Source: Auanema rhodensis (lineage: Eukaryota > Animalia > Nematoda). Taken from it: a stretch of 64,000 nucleotides of DNA. The notes under the pieces are model-generated. The model made no database searches. It saw only the letters and a program-made list of their open reading frames with translations, and was not told where the DNA came from. The stretch covers positions 17,546,001 through 17,610,000 of the forward strand of contig OZ059900.1 in assembly GCA_964057225.1 (NCBI GenBank). The letters are read 5' to 3'. The position numbers and the translations under genes were made by a program. Positions 1-12,500 of the stretch are shown in pieces. The first letter of the stretch is position 1; each line of letters starts with the position of its first letter.

Positions 1-1368
1 ATGCAACGAATTTTAGCGTGTTACATACTAAAATGAAGCATTTTACATGCTGAACACTAGAAAAAAACAAAAACACAGTATTTCCCATGAGAAATATTTT
101 ATTATGCTGGAAAACCAGTTTTTGGAAATTTCGCTGTAAACAAGGTTTTGACTTACGATTTCATGTGTTCAAACTCATGCAATGTCAATGAAACTTAGCT
201 CAAAATTGTTCGTACAACGTCTAGTTCCACTTTCACGACAAAAAAACAGGGGTTAGAAAATTAAGGAAATTAGCATATTCTGAGGGCACGCCCCTTATGG
301 CTAATATTGATTAAATCGATTTTTGTTCATATGAGTCGTCAAATGCAACGAATTTCAGCGTGTTACATACTAAAATGAAGCATTTTACATGCTGAACACT
401 AGAAAAATACAAAAACACAGTATTTCCCATGAGAAATATTTTATTATGCTTGAAAACCAGTTTTTGGAAATTTCGCTGTAAACAAGGTTTTGACTTACGA
501 TTTCATGTGTTCAAACTCATGCAATGTCAATGAAACCTAGCTCAAAATTGTTCGTACAACGTCTAGTTCCACTTTCACGACAAAAAAACAGGGGTTAGAA
601 AATTAAGGAAATTAGCATATTCTGAGGGCACGCCCCTTATGGCTAATATTGATTAAATCGATTTTTGTTCATATGAGTCGTCAAATGCAACGAATTTCAG
701 CGTGTTACATACTAAAATGAAGCATTTCACATGCTGAACACTAGAAGAATACAAAAACACAGTATTTCCCATGAGAAATATTTTATTATGCTGGAAAACC
801 AGTTTTTGGAAATTTCGCTGTAAACAAGGTTTTGACTTACGATTTCATGTGTTCAAACTCATGCAATGTCAATGAAACCTAGCTCAAAATTGTTTGTACA
901 ACGTCTAGTTCCACTTTCACGACAAAAAAACAGGGGTTAGAAAATTAAGGAAATTAGCATATTCTGAGGGCACGCCCCTTATGGCTAATATTGATTAAAT
1001 CGATTTTTGTTCATATGAGTCGTCAAATGCAACGAATTTCAGCGTGTTACATACTAAAATGAAGCATTTCACATGCTGAACACTGGAAGAATACAAAAAC
1101 ACAGTATTTCCCATGAGAAATATTTTATTATGCTGGAAAACCAGTTTTTGGAAATTTCGCTGTAAACAAGGTTTTGACTTACGATTTCATGTGTTCAAAC
1201 TCATGCAATGTCAATGAAACCTAGCTCAAAATTGTTCGTACAACGTCTAGTTCCACTTTCACGACAAAAAAACAGGGGTTAGAAAATTAAGGAAATTAGC
1301 ATATTCTGAGGGCACGCCCCTTATGGCTAATATTGATTAAATCGATTTTTGTTCATATGAGTCGTCAA

Positions 1369-4300
1369 ATGCAACGAATTTCAGCGTGTTACATACTAAA
1401 ATGAAGCATTTTACATGCTGAACACTAGAAAAATACAAAAACACAGTATTTCCCATGAGAAATATTTTATTATGCTGGAAAACCAGTTTTTGGAAATTTC
1501 GCTGTAAACAAGGTTTTGACTTACGATTTCATGTGTTCAAACTCATGCAATGTCAATGAAACCTAGCTCAAAATTGTTCGTACAACGTCTAGTTCCACTT
1601 TCACGACAAAAAAACAGGGGTTAGAAAATTAAGGAAATTAGCATATTCTGAGGGCACGCCCCTTATGGCTAATAATGATTAAATCGATTTTTGTTCATAT
1701 GAGTCGTCAAATGCAACGAATTTCAGCGTGTTACATACTAAAATGAAGCATTTTACATGCTGAACACTAGAAAAATACAAAAACACAGTATTTCCCATGA
1801 GAAATATTTTATTATGCTGGAAAACCAGTTTTTGGAAATTTCGCTGTAAACAAGGTTTTGACTTACGATTTCATGTGTTCAAACTCATGCAATGTCAATG
1901 AAACCTAGCTCAAAATTGTTCGTACAACGTCTAGTTCCACTTTCACGACAAAAAAACAGGGGTTAGAAAATTAAGGAAATTAGCATATTCTGAGGGCACG
2001 CCCCTTATGGCTAATATTGATTAAATCGATTTTTGTTCATATGAGTCGTCAAATGCAACGAATTTCAGCGTGTTACATACTTAAATGAAGCATTTTACAT
2101 GCTGAACACTAGAAAAATACAAAAACACAGTATTTCCCATGAGAAATATTTTATTATGCTGGAAAACCAGTTTTTGGAAATTTCGCTGTAAACAAGGTTT
2201 TGACTTACGATTTCATGTGTTCAAACTCATGCAATGTCAATGAAACCTAGCTCAAAATTGTTCGTACAACGTCTAGTTCCACTTTCACGACAAAAAAACA
2301 GGGGTTAGAAAATTAAGGAAATTAGCATATTCTGAGGGCACGCCCCTTATGGCTAATAATGATTAAATCGATTTTTGTTCATATGAGTCGTCAAATGCAA
2401 CGAATTTCAGCGTGTTACATACTAAAATGAAGCATTTTACATGCTGAACACTAGAAAAATACAAAAACACAGTATTTCCCATGAGAAATATTTTATTATG
2501 CTGGAAAACCAGTTTTTGGAAATTTCGCTGTAAACAAGGTTTTGACTTACGATTTCATGTGTTCAAACTCATGCAATGTCAATGAAACCTAGCTCAAAAT
2601 TGTTCGTACAACGTCTAGTTCCACTTTCAAGACAAAAAAACAGGGGTTAGAAAATTAAGGAAATTAGCATATTCTGAGGGCACGCCCCTTATGGCTAATA
2701 TTGATTAAATCGATTTTTGTTCATATGAGTCGTCAAATGCAACGAATTTCAGCGTGTTACATACTTAAATGAAGCATTTTACATGCTGAACACTAGAAAA
2801 ATACAAAAACACAGTATTTCCCATGAGAAATATTTTATTATGCTGGAAAACCAGTTTTTGGAAATTTCGCTGTAAACAAGGTTTTGACTTACGATTTCAT
2901 GTGTTCAAACTCATGCAATGTCAATGAAACCTAGCTCAAAATTGTTCGTACTACGTCTAGTTCCACTTTCACGACAAAAAAACAGGGGTTAGAAAATTAA
3001 GGAAATTAGCATATTCTGAGGGCACGCCCCTTATGGCTAATATTGATTAAATCGATTTTTGTTCATATGAGTCGTCAAATGCAACGAATTTCAGCGTGTT
3101 ACATACTTAAATGAAGCATTTTACATGCTGAACACTAGAAAAATACAAAAACACAGTATTTCCCATGAGAAATATTTTATTATGCTGGAAAACCAGTTTT
3201 TGGAAATTTCGCTGTAAACAAGGTTTTGACTTACGATTTCATGTGTTTAAACTCATGCAATGTCAATGAAACCTAGCTCAAAATTGTTCGTACAACGTCT
3301 AGTTCCACTTTCACGACAAAAAAACAAGGGTTAGAAAATTAAGGAAATTAGCATATTCTGAGGGCACGCCCCTTATGGCTAATATTGATTAAATCGATTT
3401 TTGTTCATATGAGTCGTCAAATGCAACGAATTTCAGCGTGTTACATACTTAAATGAAGCATTTTACATGCTGAACACTAGAAAAATACAAAAACACAGTA
3501 TTTCCCATGAGAAATATTTTATTATGCTGGAAAACCAGTTTTTGGAAATTTCGCTGTAAACAAGGTTTTGACTTACGATTTCATGTGTTTAAACTCATGC
3601 AATGTCAATGAAACCTAGCTCAAAATTGTTCGTACAACGTCTAGTTCCACTTTCACGACAAAAAAACAGGGGTTAGAAAATTAAGGAAATTAGCATATTC
3701 TGAGGGCACGCCCCTTATGGCTAATATTGATTAAATCGATTTTTGTTCATATGAGTCGTCAAATGCAACGAATTTCAGCGTGTTACATACTAAAATGAAG
3801 CATTTTACATGCTGAACACTAGAAAAATACAAAAACACAGTATTTCCCATGAGAAATATTTTATTATGCTGGAAAACCAGTTTTTGGAAATTTCGCTGTA
3901 AACAAGGTTTTGACTTACGATTTCATGTGTTCAAACTCATGCAATGTCAATGAAACCTAGCTCAAAATTGTTCGTACAACGTCTAGTTCCACTTTCACGA
4001 CAAAAAAACAGGGGTTAGAAAATTAAGGAAATTAGCATATTCTGAGGGCACGCCCCTTATGGCTAATAATGATTAAATCGATTTTTGTTCATATGAGTCG
4101 TCAAATGCAACGAATTTCAGCGTGTTACATACTAAAATGAAGCATTTTACATGCTGAACACTAGAAAAATACAAAAACACAGTATTTCCCATGAGAAATA
4201 TTTTATTATGCTGGAAAACCAGTTTTTGGAAATTTCGCTGTAAACAAGGTTTTGACTTACGATTTCATGTGTTCAAACTCATGCAATGTCAATGAAACCT

Positions 4301-6156
4301 AGCTCAAAATTGTTCGTACAACGTCTAGTTCCACTTTCACGACAAAAAAACAGGGGTTAGAAAATTAAGGAAATTAGCATATTCTGAGGGCACGCCCCTT
4401 ATGGCTAATATTGATTAAATCGATTTTTGTTCATATGAGTCGTCAAATGCAACGAATTTCAGCGTGTTACATACTTAAATGAAGCATTTTACATGCTGAA
4501 CACTAGAAAAATACAAAAACACAGTATTTCCCATGAGAAATATTTTATTATGCTGGAAAACCAGTTTTTGGAAATTTCGCTGTAAACAAGGTTTTGACTT
4601 ACGATTTCATGTGTTCAAACTCATGCAATGTCAATGAAACCTAGCTCAAAATTGTTCGTACAACGTCTAGTTCCACTTTCACGACAAAAAAACAGGGGTT
4701 AGAAAATTAAGGAAATTAGCATATTCTGAGGGCACGCCCCTTATGGCTAATAATGATTAAATCGATTTTTGTTCATATGAGTCGTCAAATGCAACGAATT
4801 TCAGCGTGTTACATACTAAAATGAAGCATTTTACATGCTGAACACTAGAAAAATACAAAAACACAGTATTTCCCATGAGAAATATTTTATTATGCTGGAA
4901 AACCAGTTTTTGGAAATTTCGCTGTAAACAAGGTTTTGACTTACGATTTCATGTGTTCAAACTCATGCAATGTCAATGAAACCTAGCTCAAAATTGTTCG
5001 TACAACGTCTAGTTCCACTTTCAAGACAAAAAAACAGGGGTTAGAAAATTAAGGAAATTAGCATATTCTGAGGGCACGCCCCTTATGGCTAATATTGATT
5101 AAATCGATTTTTGTTCATATGAGTCGTCAAATGCAACGAATTTCAGCGTGTTACATACTTAAATGAAGCATTTTACATGCTGAACACTAGAAAAATACAA
5201 AAACACAGTATTTCCCATGAGAAATATTTTATTATGCTGGAAAACCAGTTTTTGGAAATTTCGCTGTAAACAAGGTTTTGACTTACGATTTCATGTGTTC
5301 AAACTCATGCAATGTCAATGAAACCTAGCTCAAAATTGTTCGTACTACGTCTAGTTCCACTTTCACGACAAAAAAACAGGGGTTAGAAAATTAAGGAAAT
5401 TAGCATATTCTGAGGGCACGCCCCTTATGGCTAATATTGATTAAATCGATTTTTGTTCATATGAGTCGTCAAATGCAACGAATTTCAGCGTGTTACATAC
5501 TTAAATGAAGCATTTTACATGCTGAACACTAGAAAAATACAAAAACACAGTATTTCCCATGAGAAATATTTTATTATGCTGGAAAACCAGTTTTTGGAAA
5601 TTTCGCTGTAAACAAGGTTTTGACTTACGATTTCATGTGTTTAAACTCATGCAATGTCAATGAAACCTAGCTCAAAATTGTTCGTACAACGTCTAGTTCC
5701 ACTTTCACGACAAAAAAACAAGGGTTAGAAAATTAAGGAAATTAGCATATTCTGAGGGCACGCCCCTTATGGCTAATATTGATTAAATCGATTTTTGTTC
5801 ATATGAGTCGTCAAATGCAACGAATTTCAGCGTGTTACATACTTAAATGAAGCATTTTACATGCTGAACACTAGAAAAATACAAAAACACAGTATTTCCC
5901 ATGAGAAATATTTTATTATGCTGGAAAACCAGTTTTTGGAAATTTCGCTGTAAACAAGGTTTTGACTTACGATTTCATGTGTTTAAACTCATGCAATGTC
6001 AATGAAACCTAGCTCAAAATTGTTCGTACAACGTCTAGTTCCACTTTCACGACAAAAAAACAGGGGTTAGAAAATTAAGGAAATTAGCATATTCTGAGGG
6101 CACGCCCCTTATGGCTAATATTGATTAAATCGATTTTTGTTCATATGAGTCGTCAA
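1369..6156 (+). repeat. 7-monomer (2394 bp) higher-order tandem duplication, 2 copies (1369-3762, 3763-6156)
   Basis: Private variants repeat at exactly 2394 bp: TTCAAG at 2630/5024 and GTACTAC at 2952/5346. The order of AATAATG, ACTTAAA, TGTTTAAA and CAAGGG variants also matches across all seven monomers. Confidence 0.9.
1711..2052 (+). repeat. Representative consensus 342-bp monomer
   Basis: This copy carries none of the recurrent variants I tracked. It runs ATGCAACGAATTTCAGCGTG...CATATGAGTCGTCAA and has single ClaI (ATCGAT) and NdeI (CATATG) sites, which would give a 342-bp restriction ladder. Confidence 0.93.
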
Positions 6157-9100
6157 ATGCAACGAATTTCAGCGTGTTACATACTAAAATGAAGCATTTT
6201 ACATGCTGAACACTAGAAAAATACAAAAACACAGTATTTCCCATGAGAAATATTTTATTATGCTGGAAAACCAGTTTCTGGAAATTTCGCTGTAAACAAG
6301 GTTTTGACTTACGATTTCATGTGTTCAAACTCATGCAATGTCAATGAAACCTAGCTCAAAATTGTTCGTACAACGTCTAGTTCCACTTTCACGACAAAAA
6401 AAACAGGGGTTAGAAAATTAAGGAAATTAGCATATTCTGAGGGCACGCCCCTTATGGCTAATATTGATTAAATCGATTTTTGTTCATATGAGTCGTCAAA
6501 TGCAACGAATTTCAGCGTGTTACATACTTAAATGAAGCATTTTACATGCTGAACACTAGAAAAATACAAAAACACAGTATTTCCCATGAGAAATATTTTA
6601 TTATGCTGGAAAACCAGTTTTTGGAAATTTCGCTGTAAACAAGGTTTTGACTTACGATTTCATGTGTTCAAACTCATGCAATGTCAATGAAACCTAGCTC
6701 AAAATTGTTCGTACAACGTCTAGTTCCACTTTCACGACAAAAAAACAGGGGTTAGAAAATTAAGGAAATTAGCATATTCTGAGGGCACGCCCCTTATGGC
6801 TAATAATGATTAAATCGATTTTTGTTCATATGAGTCGTCAAATGCAACGAATTTCAGCGTGTTACATACTAAAATGAAGCATTTTACATGCTGAACACTA
6901 GAAAAATACAAAAACACAGTATTTCCCATGAGAAATATTTTATTATGCTGGAAAACCAGTTTTTGGAAATTTCGCTGTAAACAAGGTTTTGACTTACGAT
7001 TTCATGTGTTCAAACTCATGCAATGTCAATGAAACCTAGCTCAAAATTGTTCGTACAACGTCTAGTTCCACTTTCACGACAAAAAAACAGGGGTTAGAAA
7101 ATTAAGGAAATTAGCATATTCTGAGGGCACGCCCCTTATGGCTAATATTGATTAAATCGATTTTTGTTCATATGAGTCGTCAAATGCAACGAATTTCAGC
7201 GTGTTACATACTAAAATGAAGCATTTTACATGCTGAACACTAGAAAAATACAAAAACACAGTATTTCCCATGAGAAATATTTTATTATGCTGGAAAACCA
7301 GTTTTTGGAAATTTCGCTGTAAACAAGGTTTTGACTTACGATTTCATGTGTTCAAACTCATGCAATGTCAATGAAACCTAGCTCAAAATTGTTCGTACAA
7401 CGTCTAGTTCCACTTTCACGACAAAAAAACAGGGGTTAGAAAATTAAGGAAATTAGCATATTCTGAGGGCACGCCCCTTATGGCTAATATTGATTAAATC
7501 GATTTTTGTTCATATGAGTCGTCAAATGCAACGAATTTCAGCGTGTTACATACTAAAATGAAGCATTTTATATGCTGAACACTAGAAAAATACAAAAACA
7601 CAGTATTTCCCATGAGAAATATTTTATTATGCTGGAAAACCAGTTTTTGGAAATTTCGCTGTAAACAAGGTTTTGACTTACGATTTCATGTGTTTAAACT
7701 CATGCAATGTCAATGAAACCTAGCTCAAAATTGTTCGTACAACGTCTAGTTCCACTTTCACGACAAAAAAACAAGGGTTAGAAAATTAAGGAAATTAGCA
7801 TATTCTGAGGGCACGCCCCTTATGGCTAATATTGATTAAATCGATTTTTGTTCATATGAGTCGTCAAATGCAACGAATTTCAGCGTGTTACATACTTAAA
7901 TGAAGCATTTTACATGCTGAACACTAGAAAAATACAAAAACACAGTATTTCCCATGAGAAATATTTTATTATGCTGGAAAACCAGTTTTTGGAAATTTCG
8001 CTGTAAACAAGGTTTTGACTTACGATTTCATGTGTTTAAACTCATGCAATGTCAATGAAACCTAGCTCAAAATTGTTCGTACAACGTCTAGTTCCACTTT
8101 CACGACAAAAAAACAGGGGTTAGAAAATTAAGGAAATTAGCATATTCTGAGGGCACGCCCCTTATGGCTAATATTGATTAAATCGATTTTTGTTCATATG
8201 AGTCGTCAAATGCAACGAATTTCAGCGTGTTACATACTAAAATGAAGCATTTTACATGCTGAACACTAGAAAAATACAAAAACACAGTATTTCCCATGAG
8301 AAATATTTTATTATGCTGGAAAACCAGTTTCTGGAAATTTCGCTGTAAACAAGGTTTTGACTTACGATTTCATGTGTTCAAACTCATGCAATGTCAATGA
8401 AACCTAGCTCAAAATTGTTCGTACAACGTCTAGTTCCACTTTCACGACAAAAAAAACAGGGGTTAGAAAATTAAGGAAATTAGCATATTCTGAGGGCACG
8501 CCCCTTATGGCTAATATTGATTAAATCGATTTTTGTTCATATGAGTCGTCAAATGCAACGAATTTCAGCGTGTTACATACTAAAATGAAGCATTTTATAT
8601 GCTGAACACTAGAAAAATACAAAAACACAGTATTTCCCATGAGAAATATTTTATTATGCTGGAAAACCAGTTTTTGGAAATTTCGCTGTAACCAAGGTTT
8701 TGACTTACGATTTCATGTGTTCAAACTCATGCAATGTCAATGAAACCTAGCTCAAAATTGTTCGTACAACGTCTAGTTCCACTTTCACGACAAAAAAACA
8801 GGGGTTAGAAAATTAAGGAAATTAGCATATTCTGAGGGCACGCCCCTTATGGCTAATAATGATTAAATCGATTTTTGTTCATATGAGTCGTCAAATGCAA
8901 CGAATTTCAGCGTGTTACATACTAAAATGAAGCATTTTACATGCTGAACACTAGAAAAATACAAAAACACAGTATTTCCCATGAGAAATATTTTATTATG
9001 CTGGAAAACCAGTTTTTGGAAATTTCGCTGTAAACAAGGTTTTGACTTACGATTTCATGTGTTCAAACTCATGCAATGTCAATGAAACCTAGCTCAAAAT

Positions 9101-9588
9101 TGTTCGTACAACGTCTAGTTCCACTTTCACGACAAAAAAACAGGGGTTAGAAAATTAAGGAAATTAGCATATTCTGAGGGCACGCCCCTTATGGCTAATA
9201 TTGATTAAATCGATTTTTGTTCATATGAGTCGTCAAATGCAACGAATTTCAGCGTGTTACATACTTAAATGAAGCATTTTACATGCTGAACACTAGAAAA
9301 ATACAAAAACACAGTATTTCCCATGAGAAATATTTTATTATGCTGGAAAACCAGTTTTTGGAAATTTCGCTGTAAACAAGGTTTTGACTTACGATTTCAT
9401 GTGTTCAAACTCATGCAATGTCAATGAAACCTAGCTCAAAATTGTTCGTACAACGTCTAGTTCCACTTTCACGACAAAAAAACAGGGGTTAGAAAATTAA
9501 GGAAATTAGCATATTCTGAGGGCACGCCCCTTATGGCTAATAATGATTAAATCGATTTTTGTTCATATGAGTCGTCAAATGCAACGAA

Positions 9589-12500
9589 TTTCAGCGTGTT
9601 ACATACTTAAATGAAGCATTTTACATGCTGAACACTAGAAAAATACAAAAACACAGTATTTCCCATGAGAAATATTTTATTATGCTGGAAAACCAGTTTT
9701 TGGAAATTTCGCTGTAAACAAGGTTTTGACTTACGATTTCATGTGTTCAAACTCATGCAATGTCAATGAAACCTAGCTCAAAATTGTTCGTACAACGTCT
9801 AGTTCCACTTTCACGACAAAAAAACAGGGGTTAGAAAATTAAGGAAATTAGCATATTCTGAGGGCACGCCCCTTATGGCTAATATTGATTAAATCGATTT
9901 TTGTTCATATGAGTCGTCAAATGCAACGAATTTCAGCGTGTTACATACTTAAATGAAGCATTTTACATGCTGAAAACTAGAAAAATACAAAAACACAGTA
10001 TTTCCCATGAGAAATATTTTATTATGCTGGAAAACCAGTTTTTGGAAATTTCGCTGTAAACAAGGTTTTGACTTACGATTTCATGTGTTCAAACTCATGC
10101 AATGTCAATGAAACCTAGCTCAAAATTGTTCGTACAACGTCTAGTTCCACTTTCACGACAAAAAAACAGGGGTTAGAAAATTAAGGAAATTAGCATATTC
10201 TGAGGGCACGCCCCTTATGGCTAATATTGATTAAATCGATTTTTGTTCATATGAGTCGTCAAATGCAACGAATTTCAGCGTGTTACATACTTAAATGAAG
10301 CATTTTACATGTTGAACACTAGAAAAATACAAAAACACAGTATTTCCCATGAGAAATATTTTATTATGCTGGAAAACCAGTTTTTGGAAATTTCGCTGTA
10401 AACAAGGTTTTGACTTACGATTTCATGTGTTTAAACTCATGCAATGTCAATGAAACCTAGCTCAAAATTGTTCGTACAACGTCTAGTTCCACTTTCACGA
10501 CAAAAAAACAGGGGTTAGAAAATTAAGGAAATTAGCATATTCTGAGGGCACGCCCCTTATGGCTAATATTGATTAAATCGATTTTTGTTCATATGAGTCG
10601 TCAAATGCAACGAATTTCAGCGTGTTACATACTAAAATGAAGCATTTTACATGCTGAACACTAGAAAAATACAAAAACACAGTATTTCCCATGAGAAATA
10701 TTTTATTATGCTGGAAAACCAGTTTCTGGAAATTTCGCTGTAAACAAGGTTTTGACTTACGATTTCATGTGTTCAAACTCATGCAATGTCAATGAAACCT
10801 AGCTCAAAATTGTTCGTACAACGTCTAGTTCCACTTTCACGACAAAAAAAACAGGGGTTAGAAAATTAAGGAAATTAGCATATTCTGAGGGCACGCCCCT
10901 TATGGCTAATATTGATTAAATCGATTTTTGTTCATATGAGTCGTCAAATGCAACGAATTTCAGCGTGTTACATACTAAAATGAAGCATTTTATATGCTGA
11001 ACACTAGAAAAATACAAAAACACAGTATTTCCCATGAGAAATATTTTATTATGCTGGAAAACCAGTTTTTGGAAATTTCGCTGTAACCAAGGTTTTGACT
11101 TACGATTTCATGTGTTCAAACTCATGCAATGTCAATGAAACCTAGCTCAAAATTGTTCGTACAACGTCTAGTTCCACTTTCACGACAAAAAAACAGGGGT
11201 TAGAAAATTAAGGAAATTAGCATATTCTGAGGGCACGCCCCTTATGGCTAATATTGATTAAATCGATTTTTGTTCATATGAGTCGTCAAATGCAACGAAT
11301 TTCAGCGTGTTACATACTAAAATGAAGCATTTTACATGCTGAACACTAGAAAAATACAAAAACACAGTATTTCCCATGAGAAATATTTTATTATGCTGGA
11401 AAACCAGTTTTTGGAAATTTCGCTGTAAACAAGGTTTTGACTTACGATTTCATGTGTTCAAACTCATGCAATGTCAATGAAACCTAGCTCAAAATTGTTC
11501 GTACAACGTCTAGTTCCACTTTCACGACAAAAAAACAGGGGTTAGAAAATTAAGGAAATTAGCATATTCTGAGGGCACGCCCCTTATGGCTAATATTGAT
11601 TAAATCGATTTTTGTTCATATGAGTCGTCAAATGCAACGAATTTCAGCGTGTTACATACTAAAATGAAGCATTTTACATGCTGAACACTAGAAAAATACA
11701 AAAACACAGTATTTCCCATGAGAAATATTTTATTATGCTGGAAAACCAGTTTTTGGAAATTTCGCTGTAAACAAGGTTTTGACTTACGATTTCATGTGTT
11801 CAAACTCATGCAATGTCAATGAAACCTAGCTCAAAACTGTTCGTACAACGTCTAGTTCCACTTTCACGACAAAAAAACAGGGTTAGAAAATTAAGGAAAT
11901 TAGCATATTCTGAGGGCACGCCCCTTATGGCTAATATTGATTAAATCGATTTTTGTTCATATGAGTCGTCAAATGCAACGAATTTCAGCGTGTTACATAC
12001 TAAAATGAAGCATTTTACATGCTGAACACTAGAAAAATACAAAAACACAGTATTTCCCATGAGAAATATTTTATTATGCTGGAAAACCAGTTTTTGGAAA
12101 TTTCGCTGTAAACAAGGTTTTGACTTACGATTTCATGTGTTCAAACTCATGCAATGTCAATGAAACCTAGCTCAAAATTGTTCGTACAACGTCTAGTTCC
12201 ACTTTCACGACAAAAAAACAGGGGTTAGAAAATTAAGGAAATTAGCATATTCTGAGGGCACGCCCCTTATGGCTAATAATGATTAAATCGATTTTTGTTC
12301 ATATGAGTCGTCAAATGCAACGAATTTCAGCGTGTTACATACTTAAATGAAGCATTTTACATGCTGAACACTAGAAAAATACAAAAACACAGTATTTCCC
12401 ATGAGAAATATTTTATTATGCTGGAAAACCAGTTTTTGGAAATTTCGCTGTAAACAAGGTTTTGACTTACGATTTCATGTGTTCAAACTCATGCAATGTC

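Noticed and set aside
1-342. Tandem 5S rRNA, tRNA, snRNA or spliced-leader gene array
   Set aside because: I could not recognise 5S, tRNA cloverleaf or box A/B, or snRNA sequence on either strand. An Rfam/Infernal scan would be decisive.
550-566. CENP-B box-like motif GTTCGTACAACGTCTAG
   Set aside because: It matches the TTCG....A part of the NTTCGNNNNANNCGGGN core but lacks CGGG, so it is not a functional box by the established consensus.
591-598. Telomere-like GGGGTTAG
   Set aside because: Only a single unit per monomer, with no tandem TTAGGG or TTAGG run.
6391-6403. 7A/8A/6A tract length changes as sequencing errors
   Set aside because: Most co-segregate with substitution markers in duplicated blocks, so they are probably real. 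The isolated ones (GGG at ~11880, extra T at ~12525) may be errors and are not interpreted.
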